Assembly: GCA_964247055.1 (NCBI GenBank)
Contig: OZ176051.1
Span: 9,238,001-9,302,000, forward strand
Length of the DNA: 64,000 bases
Reading direction: 5' to 3'
Source: Paragordius varius
Lineage: Eukaryota > Animalia > Nematomorpha
The position numbers were made by a program, and so were the translations under genes. Shown here piece after piece: positions 35,192 through 53,099 of the stretch (position 1 is its first letter; each line of letters opens with the position of its first letter). The notes beneath the pieces are model-generated. The model did no database searches and was not told where the DNA came from. It was given only the letters and a program-made list of their open reading frames with translations.

Positions 35192-36619
35192 CTCTATGCT
35201 GAAAATATTTTACCAAAAAACAAGTCATTTTTATCCAATATTTACTCGCAGTTTCTTAATTATTATACCTAGATTTAATATATCATATTATATGATTATC
35301 CAATTTTGTTATGTAGCTAATAAATATATTTTTATATTTATATATTTGGCATAACTTTTAACATTGAACTATCATCCAGATTTTTATTATAATAAGTTAG
35401 GTTTCTAATTTAGACCAGTGTTATTACAATGAATTTATATATTTAAATCAGGGGCCAACACGCGGTCCGTTATTTGTCGCAAAATAAATATTTTCAAAAT
35501 ATGTATTATATTTAGGAACTTCTCAATCGTTCGTTTATGATTATTTTTTAATACATTTTAAAAGTTTATACAATCGGTAATTAAACATTTTTTTCTAATC
35601 GATCATTTTTGATCAACGCGGTAACGGTTTACCTATTTTTAAATTGATTGGCTAAAACTCAGTCCATGTGTACAAAAAAACTAAAATCTAATATAAATGC
35701 GACTTCCAAAGTTTGTAATTATCAAATGATAATATTGATTTTTTTTAAAAAAGTATCATGTTTGGACGCTAACATATGTTTATTTATGCTCATTTTTATA
35801 ATATATATGGGACTTTTTTTCAAATTTTTGTTTAAAAAACAATTTGTTTTTCACAAAAATTACCAAATTTGAAAGCACACAAACCTTTATATTAAAAATG
35901 AGGCGATAAGATATTTAACATAATCGAATTATATAGAAAAAGTGTTTATATATCTTAGAGTGTTGTAATTACAGTTTCCATCATCCCTCTAAGTATGACG
36001 CTTTGATAATATTTGGCTAAAAAATTAGGTTTAAAAAAATTAGCAAATATCATTATCGCCAATCTCGGCATTTTTGAGTTTTTTTAACACTTGGATACAA
36101 CATAAACGTTTCTGTCATTCGATTCAAATTGGGGTTTAAATACTCCAGGCCTGTTTAATATAAAATTCTTATAATATATGGTAAGAATCGAAACCATGGC
36201 AAAATTGCGCACTTATATAACATTAATAAACCAAAATACATAAAAAAATTTATTCAAAAATACTTGATATTACTTGATTTAAGCTAAAACCGAAAGGTAA
36301 AAATTTAGTCAACGTTAATGTGACCAGATGGCTGTTTACAGTACTGGGTTTTAGAAAAAAACAGCGCTGTACTGCTTTTTGAAATTAAAAAAAATAATTA
36401 TAAATATAACCTTTTATTTATTCAAAATAGTACCCTCTGTAAAAATAACTCCATAATTTGTAGAGAAATGGTTCATTTTGCGGTAAAAAACTAAGATTGG
36501 CCTATTTTTAATTGGTTTTATTTTCTGCTCGAATTATAAAAAAACTTAAGATTGCAGTCTTTCGTGCAGTGGCGAAAAAAACCTCGGACTCCACCTTAAC
36601 ATGCTCTTTTACTCAGGGC

Positions 36620-36995
36620 CAGGGGCGTACCGAGGGGGGGCAAGGGGGTGCATCATGCCCCGGGCGCCGTTATTTAGGGGCGCCTAATTGATTTTTTAAA
36701 ATTTTAATTATGCAAAAATAATAAGAACTTTCAAATGAGATTTTTCAGCAATTTAAGTAATAATCCCAATATCAACTCTATTATTCACCTAATTAGTACC
36801 ATTGATTTAGTATCATATAAATATATATATTTAATAGATTTAAAATTTATATGACTGTGCTGTCTTATCTGTGGTGTTTAGGTTACAACGTTTGTATTTA
36901 ATTACTAAACTGTTTTATTGGCTTTTTAAAAAAGGAGGGAGGTGCGCCATAAAGGTTTTATGCCCCGGGCGCCGCAAATGCTCGGTACGCCACTG
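36620..36995. mobile_element. hAT MITE (376 bp, GC-rich termini)
   Basis: TIRs CAGGGGCGTACCGAG / CTCGGTACGCCACTG (14/15); perfect 8-bp TSD CTCAGGGC; internal gccccgggcgcc motifs, with related remnants at ~10165-10390. Confidence 0.92.
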
Positions 36996-37167
36996 CTCAG
37001 GGCTTCCGCAAAAAGAGGTGCTTCAAAATTTAAAATTAATAAATTAATTTATAATATTTAAATAAATGTTTGATCAAGTTTAGAAATTTCATTTTTTGTT
37101 ATAATTATCAAACGGAAAATTATAAATAAAATTGTTATTCATGTAACATATTTTGCAAAATTTATTA

Positions 37168-38408
37168 CACTGTGTGCCAAAAAAATTTAATAAAAAAATT
37201 TTTTCATGAGATAGCTTATGACCAGTTTATTCATTTGCCGCAAAAATTTTATTTGTTGACAACCTAGCTTTTGAAATATTGAGAGAAAATCGAAATTGGG
37301 CAAAAAGTGAAAATTAAGGATAATTAAGGATGAATCATAAAATAATGATAAAATTTTAAATATTATGGTTTATTATCATTTTAGGAGATACTTTGAATAT
37401 ATAAATTGCCTAAAATCATATAGTTAGTTTCAAATTTCATCTCAAAAGATGGCGTCTTTCTTTTATCACGTTTAAAAGAAAAAAAATAAAATGAAGCTAT
37501 ATTAGAATATTTTTTTAATTATTTACTACCTAAACTTACTATTAAAATCTTAACATTTATATTTTATTCAGTAAAAAATACTTATATATCAAAATTAAAC
37601 CAAAAATACTGTTTTAATTTTTACATTTTTTTGTCATCTGGTTTATGAGTGAATAAAAAATTTATACTGTTTTATTTTAGATTTTTTCATGAGTTGGAAT
37701 TATAAAGTATATAATTTATGCTAAATAAGATTAAAAAATAGTGGAATATCAACCAACAATCCGTACGAATCCCAATAAAAATATTAATTTCAGACTTGTT
37801 ACAGGGAATCGTAAGGATTGTTGTTGAAATTCCAATACTTTTAAATGCTAATTTGCATAAATTATCTACTTTAAATTCGCACTCATGTAAGAATCCAAAA
37901 TAAAAAAGTATAAATTTTTTATACACTCACAAACCAGATAACAAAAAAATGTAAAAATAAAAAATATTTTTTGGTTTTATTTTGATATATAAGTTTTTTT
38001 ACTAAATGAAATATGGATGTTAACTTTTAATGGTGAGTTTAGCTGGTAAATAATTAAAAAAATATATTAATATAGATTTATAAAAAAAATTTGTCTTGAG
38101 TGTGTTAAAAGAAAAACGCCATCTTTTGAGCCGAATTAAAACTATAACTATATGATTTTAGACTATTAATATATTTAAAATATATTTTGAAATGATAATA
38201 AACCATAATCTCAAATTATATCATTATTTTTGAATTATCCTTAATTATCCTTAATTTTTACTTTTTGCCCGATTTCGATTATCTCCCAATATTTCAAATA
38301 GGTTTTCAACAAATAATAATTTTTCCGGCAAATGAATTCATTGGTCATAAACTATCTCATGAAAAAATTTTCGTTAAATCAAAATGACCCTCTTTTTTGC
38401 ACACAGTG
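37168..38408. mobile_element. ~1.24-kb palindromic MITE, CAC...GTG termini, 3-bp TTA TSD (Chapaev/CMC-like)
   Basis: TTA|CACTGTGTGCCAAAAAA ... TTTTTTGCACACAGTG|TTA; long inverted arms. The superfamily assignment is an inference from termini and TSD. Confidence 0.82.
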
Positions 38409-38805
38409 TTATATATGGCATATCATACTTATTAGGTGGGACGTATATTAATTGATTTTTTTTCTTAAAATTTAATTTTATTAGTTTTTTTAATTTTTTT
38501 GCATAAACAAATTTGAGATATTTTGTTGAAGCGTCTTCAAACTATTTTGAAGCATGATGGAAACGGTATAACGCTCTAAGATATAATAAAACTCTTTTAA
38601 ATAATTCGAGAATGTTGAACATTACTATAGGTTCAGAATTTTGATTTAAAGGTTGTTTGATTGCAAATTTTGCTTTTTTGTTAAAAAACACATTTTCTAT
38701 TTTACATAAATTTGAAAACGAACGAATCTTATCAAAATTTAGATTGAGAATTAGCATAATCGAATTATATATATATACCATAATTGACATCTCAACCGTT
38801 TATAT

Positions 38806-41098
38806 CAGTAGTACTCACCAAAAAAATTTGACGGGCCAAATTAAATATATTTTTTTTTCGAGGGCCATGAACTTTATAATGGCAAATATCCTATAGCTAT
38901 TTGCACATATTTATACTTTAAATCAGCACAATGATTTTTTTGCGGATGTAATCCAGCTAAAAACTCGTTTTTTACCATTTAGTTTAAAAAATTAAAATAT
39001 TTTAATAACAACATTTATTTTGATATTAACCAATAATTTTTGACAAATTTGGTTTCTCCTCATGACAGGCCAATATTAATACGTCGTCCATATAATCATC
39101 GAAGTGAGTTCTGTATGTATTCTTGACATACTTCATCTTTGAGTATGCCGTCTCAAATGTGTAAGGGTAGGGAAATACAGTTAGGAAAACTTGAGCACAT
39201 TTTTTTATATTTTCATATTTATTTGGCACTCACGATTCTCCTTGAATATAGCCTCCATATTGAAATCATTTTTAAAATCTATGAATTTTTCAATGATAGC
39301 ACCTGATCAAAACCGAAATGCTCAAGTCGCTTAATATTGGATAAATCCATATGCCAGGGATTTTCAATATTTTAAGCAATTTTTAATATTTCTTTATTCC
39401 TGAACTCTGAATTTAATCTCATCAGATAAAATTAAATAATTGTCTATGATTAATTTAATCTCAATTAGCATATTGGGTTATTATTTTGCTCCCTTGACTT
39501 GTATTTAAAATACTAAGTTTATAAGTAATGTCACAAAGGTAGGCTAATAAAACCCACCATTTGTCACTATTAATTTCCTCGTCAAAATTTCTGTTATCCT
39601 TTATAAATAATATCATGTTTTAAAAGAAAAAATCTATTTAATACTTTGCTAAGGCTTAACCATCTTACAGTGGTTTACAAAAGAATATCATAAACTCACT
39701 GTGGATATCTTTCAGAAGGTTTTTGAATTTAAGGGCGGTACACTCTGCCCCTGTGGTTTACTATATCCACAACCGTTTTAAATTACTGAATTTAGCATTC
39801 ATCTTTTACACTCGAAACCAGGTTTTGCTTATGATTAAAGCAGTTAAATAATCAAATATTTTATATTTGTTTTTCAAAAGAGGAATAAATCCTTTGTTTC
39901 CAATCATAGAGGAACAGTCATCTGTGCAGATCGAAACCAATTTTCTCATAGATATACCATTATTAAAAAGGCTAATTATTCGAGAAAATAAATCTCTTTC
40001 GTGGTATTATATATTGGTAAAAATAATAAATATTTCTCGTTGATTATGTTGTCGTTGCGAAATCTCACAAGAGCGCACACTGAGTAGCTGACTAATATCA
40101 GTGCTAGAATAGCGATACTAAAATATTTGCAGTTTTTCAGAGCCAATAAATATATTTAGATAATGCGTCGAGCACATGTTGAATCAGAAAGTTTAAGTTT
40201 TTAATTTCCTCATGATTTGATCTTTACTATGTATTTATTAAATAAAAAAGGGCAACCATTTATTAGACATTCTTTTATTAATTGTCAATCAGTAAACGGT
40301 TTCATATTTTTTCCTAAAATATAGCAAATTCCATACGAAGCTAATGTTACAGCTTTTTCCTGGTTATGGACATAATAGATTTTTCTTCCTGGTCTAATTC
40401 CTTAATCTTTTAACATTTTTCGTTTCTTTCCTCATGATTTTCTGGTTTGTGAGAATGATGGATTGTAAAATGTTTTCAATATTGTATTTTAATTATGTGT
40501 CCTTACATATAAGCCAGGTGACATTTTTATTTAAAACGACAAAAAAATTTCTTCCCATTCTCTTTTTAAACGGAGCGATTTTCTCGGATAATTTACGTTT
40601 TTCAGCATTAGATGTCATCCTTTGAATTTATGTTTAAATATTATGTAAATATCTTCAAAAAAATGGGAATATAATTTGAATTATGCAATGAAAAACAGAT
40701 AAAAATTTAATGATGTGAGTTATATAAAATTATGCAGGATAGCAATGAAAGAATAAGTATATGCAAGTTTGGGAGAAAGGATTGCTTAAATACAAAAAAG
40801 GAATGCAGTAATTTCAAAATAGAAAAGAAAATAGAATGCAGAAACAAAAACAACAAGTTCCAAAATTTTGAAATCATTTTAATGTAGGGAAATTTTTTTA
40901 CATTTCAAATTGGGTAAAAATAAAAATTATCAAAATTAAATCTAAATAAAATAAATTAATATTGAAATAAGCGAAAATCCGAAAATGTGTATTTTAAGAT
41001 TTCATCAATAAAAAAAATAATTTTAGTATCAATACGGTCATAGGGCAATTTTAAAGCACTCTTAGGGCCGCATGCGGCCCGCGGTTTGAGTATCACTG
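38806..41098 (-). mobile_element. Decayed Buster-type hAT (copy A), 2293 bp
   Basis: Termini CAGTAGTACTC / GAGTATCACTG; perfect TSD GTTTATAT. Transposase remnants include YENIKKCAQVFLTVFP.PYTFETAYSKMKYVKNTYR. Inverted homolog of 50887-53082. Confidence 0.92.
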
Positions 41099-42448
41099 GT
41101 TTATATCGTTTCCATCATGCCCAAAATAATTCGAAGTGCGCTTCAAATTTTGCTAAGAATTAAATTTTTGAAATGGTCCATTTTTAAAATATCAAAATTT
41201 AGCATATATTTAAAATTATTGCACAATACGAATTTTTTGCGTTTATTTTAATAGAACAATCCATTTTAAAAGGGGCAAAAATTTGGGACTTTCAGAGTCC
41301 GCATCTAAAAATTTCAAAAGCGCCATAATAATCCTCAATTTTCTCGCTCAAAATATATATTTCATCTGGATATTTTTTTGTGGAAACTGTGTAATATACC
41401 ACACCGATGGTGTAAAAACAGGCAAAGTATGTTTTAATTTTGTACTGCGTCAAAGTTCAAAATATCTGGTCATATTAGTCAACGTGGCATGTGTGCAAGG
41501 GTAAAATTAAAAAATAATACAAAATAAATCGCGTTTTGTGTTTCTATCAATGTTAGATGTAATTTAAATAAAATATTAGCTTTAATTCTACCCTTAAAAT
41601 TAAATGAAGACGATATTTTGCAAAATAAAAATGGCGGCGAAGTAGTTTGACATAAAACTTTTTTTTCAAAACAAAATTTCATTTAAATATTTTAGCATAT
41701 TTATATAATTTTTATTAGGATAAAAGCATAAATTTAAATTGGGACCGTTTCCTTCAGTAGTTTTTTAAAAATCCTAACTCAAATTTAGTCTGGGGTATTT
41801 AGATACCCGAAAATGAATCGAAGTGTTAAAAGAACCTGCCATTTTTGAAGTGCGAGAAAAATTTGGGACTTTCGGGACTACATAAAAAATTCAATTTTTT
41901 CAAAAAAATATTGTTTTGCTTTTTATATGTGGTTTATTATATATTTCAATATTTTTTGGAATGAATTAGCTTTCACCAAAAAAATTTTGTTTAAAAAATG
42001 TGCGCAAATGCCATTTATGGAGCAATCGCCACAAAAGCGATACCTTTCTTAAATCACTTTTAGAGACCAAGAGCATCATAATCTTGATATATTCTATCGA
42101 ATAAATAAATATATATCATCAGGATATTTTTATGCGCCACGATTTTGGTCGCAGCGTTATATTTTACATTTATAAAATTTTAGTGGTAAGATGTGGGCTG
42201 CAAAAGCTTTCGATTCTCTATGCTAGTACACTTAAATACATCGATCCTCCTTTGGCCCCAGCCCTAATAAAAATTAATTATTTCAAATAATATGGAATTA
42301 ATTGAAATCATTGGAAGTATGTACTGAAACAATATTAATGAATTTAAAACCTAAAGGTTTAGAGCATGAGATATGGATGTGTATAAGCAAAATACAAAAA
42401 TAATGCAAAATAAACCAATTTTCTCTTTAGATTTTTAGATAAATTTAA

Positions 42449-43020
42449 CACTTACAACACACTCATTTTAGTCCTTCGATTCAAATTGGGGTAGTTGGAT
42501 ACCCCAGGCCTGTTTAAAATCAAATACTTTAAAAAGTATGGAAGCAATCGAAACCATGGCAAAATTTTGCACTTATATAACATTAATAACCGAAATATAT
42601 AAAAAATTTTATTCAAAAATACTTGATATTGCTTATTTTGAGCTAAAACTGAAAGGTAAAAATTTAGTCAACGTGACATGTGTCAAATTGTAAAATTAAA
42701 AAATAATACAAAGTGAACCGCTTTTTCTATTTCTATCAATGTTACATGTAATTTATATAAAAAATAAGCTGTTTTACCCTTAAAATTAAATGAAGACGAT
42801 ATTTTGCAAAAATTTTGTAAGATAAAAATGGCGTCGAAGTAGTTTGAGGTGAAACCTTTTTTTCGAAACAAAATTTTATCAAGATATTTTGGCATATTTA
42901 TATAATATTTATCGGGATAGAAGCATAAATTTAAATTGGGACCGTTTCCTTCAGTAGTTTTTTAAAAATTTTAATTTTTATTTAGTCTAGGGTATTTAGA
43001 TACCCCAATTTGAATCGATA
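42449..43020. mobile_element. piggyBac-like MITE, near-complete copy
   Basis: TTAA|CACTT...cttcgattcaaattggggta ... taccccaatttgaatcga; shares 41480-41820 and 36090-36315 sequence. Confidence 0.75.
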
Positions 43021-43603
43021 AAATAAAAAAGCAATTTTAGCGGTAGAATTATATAAACATTTGCACAATGTTGTAAATTAAAAGGGGATTGAATTAGTTA
43101 TGAAACTTTGTAGATATTTTGGCTTATTTATATAATTTTAATAAGAACGTTGTTTGTATACGAGAGTATGTTTTTTAAAACATTACATTACTAATTTAAG
43201 CCCTGGAGTCGTAAAATACCCAAATATGATCGCAATAAGGGTATTTTTTCACTTCCTTTGATTTTTATACATTCGAATTGTTTTGATATAATCAAAACCT
43301 CATCTCTTTTATTTGACAAAAACATAGAGTTCTTCCAGTTTTTTATTTTTAAAGTCAAAGTATGATTGAATCCAGTAGAAAATAAAAAACTTCCCGGAAA
43401 TTCTAAAGTTGTTCAACGTTATATAATTATAGTTTTAGCGATAGTTTATTTGTACACGATTTAAAAATATTAATTAAGCGTTTATCAATCTATAATTTGC
43501 AATTTTTTGATAGCGAGCTTTTATTAAAAAATTCTAACTATTAATAAATTACTCGGCCGTAAAAGAGCATAATTCATCCAACTGTTTATAAAAGAATGAT
43601 ATA

Positions 43604-47825
<4,222 letters not shown>

Positions 47826-47870
47826 ATTATTTTATTGGTTATAATGGTTTAAACAACCCTAAAGAAACTG

Positions 47871-48264
47871 CAGTGGGCCCTCTTTAATAACCCTTGTAAT
47901 AAGTTTTTTAAATCGCCCATCGCCTATATAACAATTAATTCATGTTGATCATTAAGCTCTCCGATTTTTAAATACAATCTTAATTTTTGAGCTATAATAG
48001 TTCAAAGAGGTGACCCTCCCACGAACTTTATAGTTTGTCGGTATTAAAGAACCTTTAAAAAATATTAATTATATAAATCAAATTTATTTATCTATTTATT
48101 TTTTTCTAAATATCTGTAAAATATGTTATATTTAATATATATTATCAAACAAATTTAATATTAATTTACTTTTACAAAAAATATATCCCTTAAAAGAGGT
48201 GTCATGATCACTTTGTCCTATGTATTTACTCCCACAAGCGGGTTAATATGAGGGGCGTCCACTG
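47871..48264. mobile_element. Tc1/pogo-type MITE just downstream of the SIRT2 stop
   Basis: cagtgggccctctttaataac ... gttaatatgaggggcgtccactg|ta (imperfect TIRs). Confidence 0.55.
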
Positions 48265-48959
48265 TATGTGCCTAATCTCACAATTGTTGTTAAATTATAA
48301 ATTTATGTATTTATATGTATAAGCATAATATTTCTGCACCAATATAATTTTTTTTCTATAAATTTGTAATGCAATTAGCAAAATAAATTTTTACATTTGT
48401 ATGAATTAATTATTGTATATATATATATAATGAGGTGTTATCAAAATTATGATAGCATAAAATAAGAATACCGATTACTGCATGGCTTTGCAAAGTCACT
48501 TTAAGCTTTTAGCAATAACATAAAATTACCTAAAATTAAATATAAGGGATTAGAAATGACAGAAAATGTTTCAACAAATTGTGAAAAGTCTAGGAATATA
48601 ACAACAGCTCCCTACCCAATACATATTCTGTGGTTAACATCATTAAAATTGTGTCATTTATTAAAGATTCGATATTTCTATAATTTCATTTTCTTCATAG
48701 ATTCTATCTTTCTTCGATTTCAATAATAGTATTATGTGGACATTTAACATTTAGACGTTCTCTTAGTTGAATATCTTTTCGCTTTTTGTGGATATTCTAT
48801 AAAAAGTTATTAACATAGCCATTTTTTTCATACTATGATAAACCATGTAGAAAAGTCTTTACCGGTTTTTTGGTAAAAAACACTATCCTTTACAGAAAAT
48901 ATAGTATAAATTTTAATATATTTTCGTTTCTACATTTTGTCCAACTCACAAATGTATGT

Positions 48960-49450
48960 ATGCCAAAAAAACTCATTGTTTTTTGCGGTAAACCATCAAT
49001 TAAGCCATTTTTAAAATCTCTGAATTTATTAAGAGCTGATCCGCCATCATGTGCCCCATTGATGCCAAGAGGTGATAGTTAGAAGGCGCTAGGTCTATTC
49101 CCGATGCAATTTTAAGATGCCTTTCACTTTTGCTGTGTGGCACGGAGCATTATCATGGAATTATTTGCCGTGTCTTCTCGCCTACTTCGTTCGTTTTAAT
49201 TAATGCATAGTTTAAATTATACGTTTGCGATCGAGTTGTATATTAATAGTTTAACCGGGTTTCTAAAGTGGATAATGCTAACACCGCTCTGACACACCTG
49301 ATATAGAGCATGGAATTATTACCGAAGTGATTCGGTCTTAGTGATAATGGACCGGCTAGCAAGGTGAAAGTAATTCTTCTTCCGCTTTAATCATCCTTAA
49401 CAATTTTATGCCAACATTTTTCCCTTTCTTTACCTTGAATGATCATTTCG
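48960..49450 (-). pseudogene. mariner (DD34D-type) transposase remnant
   Basis: Minus-strand fragments HDNAPCH (~49137-49159), DLAPSNYHL (~49071-49096) and a KPG.TIN-like stretch; heavily frameshifted; TIRs not found. Confidence 0.65.
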
Positions 49451-50886
49451 ATTTGCGATTTGACGTCAATAAAATTATGGGGATCCCATTTACCCAATTT
49501 ATTAGACTATTATTTGTTTCAACGCCCTTTTTCGGATATAAGAAAAGCAATGGGTGCAGTTGTACTTTTTAGCCACAAAATCAAACATAATTAAGAGTAT
49601 TGATAATACGCTAGTTAGCGGGCTCAACATTTGTGCGTTTGGCGTTTATGAGATGAGCAAAATGGGGTCTGTATTAAATTAATTGACTGCGTACTATTTC
49701 CTGACATCTTGTATCAGTTAAATGGAACTGACTTATGACTACACCTGGTGTAAATTAGCCTATGATGTACTTAATCCATTTCTCCCTTATTAATTTAAAA
49801 TCATTAACCATCCTAAATATCCCTAAAAAAATTACCCTTTTTATTCGAATTCATCACTTTTTCAATCTAACTCAAAAAATCTCATTCCAGGCTTATTATT
49901 ACACTAGATAAAAAAATTGCCAGAGTTTTTTTGCATTTTCTGATATTAACTATCATTTAAACAGTATATCTTTAAGGCTTCTACTTATGAATTTTTTATA
50001 ATTTGATTTTTGTAATTAAGCGCCCTCTTTATCAATAACTGTTATAAAAAATGTTTTTCGTATACAATAACGGTCCTTTTTTCAAATAGCGGCTTCGCAG
50101 GCTACAGCCTACACTATAATGTTTACCAGAGTAAAATAATTTAATACAGAAGAATTTATTTAGCAATTTTAATTTAATAAAATCAACAACCAAAATAATA
50201 GTTTATGGGTACAAAACTACTCGAAAATGTAATCAATAAAAAAATTAATGATTTTAACATATGTTAATATCTTTGCAATTTCTTTTGTTTATTGTTATCT
50301 ATCATATGACAAACATACAGATTGTTATTTTTTAATATAGAATTATTTCCCTCTAAAATTAAGGCATTATTCATATTTTTATATTCTTATTTTTGACTGA
50401 AATAGTTGAAAATGCATTTTTTAGCAATTGAACTATACCAAACACTCTATACTTTGTTTTGATATCAATAATATTTTTCAAAATTGGCTATTGTTTCCAC
50501 CATTTCTATTTATATGCCTTTTAATTACATTTTAATCATTTGTTATAGCAAACATCATTTATTTTTTATGTATTAAATTACATTACATTTATTTATTATG
50601 TAACACCTTTGTACATTTTTTATACACTCATGGATTGTATTAGATAACAGAAAAAATTATAATATCAAGAAAAATATTCATACTTTATTTTTATGATAAA
50701 ATACTAATTTTTAATAAATTTAGACATTAAATTAATTTATGATCTCATAGGATTTTCGGTGGTACATAGAATTTTCAAAACTGTGCCTTCATACTAATAT
50801 ATTGTTTACTGGTGTGAAGGCCCCATATTGACGGCTAACGGAAAAACCGATCTATTATAATACCTTTTTATGGGTATTATTTAAAG

Positions 50887-53082
50887 CAGTGATACTCAAA
50901 CCGCGGGCCGCATGCGGCCCTAAGAGTGCTTTGAAATCGCCCTATGACCATATTGATACTTAATTATTTTTTATTTATGAATTCAAAATATACATAAACG
51001 AATTTATGCTTATTTTAAATTTGATTTATTTTGTTTAGATCTAATTTTGGTAATTTTCATTTTTTATCGAATCTGAAATTTAGAAAACTTTCCCTTCATT
51101 AAAATGATTTCAAAATTTTGCATGTTTCTGTTTCAGTATTCTATTTTCTTTTCTATTTTGGATTTTTATTGCATTCCTTTTTTATTTAAGCCAGCTTTTC
51201 ATCCATACTTGCATATAGATATTCCTTCTATTGCTATCCTGCATCATTTTTTATAACTCATTCGCATAAAATATTTTTTAAATCAACATCATTAAATTTA
51301 GACCTATTTTAATTCAAATTATATTCCCATTTTTTGAAAATTACATCATATTTTAACATAAATTCAAAGGATGACATCTAATAAAATACGTATATCATCC
51401 GATGAAAATCCCTCCTAAAAGGATGGGAAGAAAAGTTCTTTGTCGTTTTGAATAAAAATGTTGTTACCTTTCTTATATGTAAGGACAACTTAATCATAAA
51501 AAATACAATATTGAAAGACATATACAATCCATCATTCTTATTAATTAACAAAAAATTATGAGAAAAGAAACGAAAAATATTAAAATTTAAGGAATACCAG
51601 AAAAGCTATTATGTCCATTGCTTTCGCCCAGGAAGAGCTGTAACATTAGCTTATAAAATTTGCTATATTTTAGGAAAATATATGAAACCGTTTACTGATT
51701 CCCAACTAATAAAGGAATGTCTAATAAATGATAGCACTTTTTTATTTGATAAATTTTATAATAAAGATCAAATCATGAGACAATTAAATTTTGATTCAAC
51801 ATGTGCTCGACGGATTGAATATATGTCTAGATCTACGAAAAAATTGGTTTCGATCACAGACAGCTCCCTAGGAATAAACAAATGATTTATTCTTCTTTTG
51901 AAAAACAAACATAAAATGCAAAATATTTTATCATTCACTGCTTTATTTATCAGCAAAACTTGATTTCGCGAGTAAGAGATAAATCACTTACTAAAAACGG
52001 TTGTGGGTATAGTTAACCACATCTGTGGCATAAAATTCAACCGCCGTAAATTCAAAACCCTTCTGAAAGATATCCACAGTGAGTTTTATGATATTCTTTG
52101 GTACACCGCTGTGAATATTAAATAGATTTTTTAAGACATGAAATCCTATTATTTATAAAGTATAACACAAATTTTGATGAGAAAATAAATAGTGACAAAT
52201 GGTGAGTTTTATTAGCTTACCTTTGCGACACTTATAAACTTAGTATTTTTAATACAAGTCTTCAAGGGAGCAAAATAATAACCCAATTCGCTTTTGAAGA
52301 AAAATTAATAATATATAAACAAGATTATATAAATAAAACACTCCTATATTTTCCAACACCTAACACGATTCATGAAGAAAATATGGAAAATACTGCGGAG
52401 AATAATTTAATAGACAATCATTTAACATTTTTATTTAATGAGATGAAATACATATTTCAAGAATTAAGAATATTAAAAATTGCTTAAAAATAAAATCCAT
52501 GGCATACGGATATATCCAATATTAAGCAACTTGAGCATTTCGGTTTTGATCAGGTGCATATCATTGAAGTATTCGTAGATTTTAAACATGATTCCAATTT
52601 GAAGGTTATATTCAAGGTGAATCGTAGAGAAGAAAGATGTGTTAAGTTTTGGAAATATGTGCCAAATAAATATTAATATATAAAATATGTGCTCAAGTTA
52701 TCCCAACTGTTTTTCCCTCAACTTACACGTGTGAGATGGCATATTCAAAAATGAAGTATGCCAAGAATACACATAGAAATCGCTTAACCGATGATCGTAT
52801 AATGGCGTATTAAGAGTGGCTTTTTATGAGGTGAAACCAAATTTGTCAAAAATTATTGGTTTTGATATCAAAATATTTTAATTTTTTAAACTAAATGGTG
52901 CAAAACGAGTTTTTAGCTGGATTTGCATGCGATCCGCAAAATATTCATTGTGCTGATTTAAAGTATAAATATGTGCATATGTGTCAAATATCTATGGAAT
53001 ATTTGCCATTATAAGGTTTATGGCCCTCGAAAAAAAAATATATTTTATTTGGCCCGACAAATTTTTTTGGTGGGTACCACTG
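50887..53082 (+). mobile_element. Decayed Buster-type hAT (copy B), 2196 bp
   Basis: Termini CAGTGATACTC / GGTACCACTG; perfect TSD ATTTAAAG (nnnTAnnn); transposase remnant MKPFTDSQLIKECL...STCARRIE. Confidence 0.92.
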
Positions 53083-53099
53083 ATTTAAAGCCATTATGA

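Larger units (their letters stand above)
36316..41477. mobile_element. Non-autonomous Blackjack-like hAT carrying nested elements
   Basis: TIRs TAATGTGACCAGA / TCTGGTCATATTA; perfect 8-bp TSD GTCAACGT (36308-36315, 41478-41485). Confidence 0.85.
36088..41825. mobile_element. piggyBac-like MITE split by 5.2 kb of nested insertions
   Basis: TTAA|CACTT...cgattcaaattgggg start and ...gaatcgAAGTG|TTAA end. Halves 36088-36315 and 41478-41825 join to match the uninterrupted copy at ~42449-43020. Confidence 0.8.
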
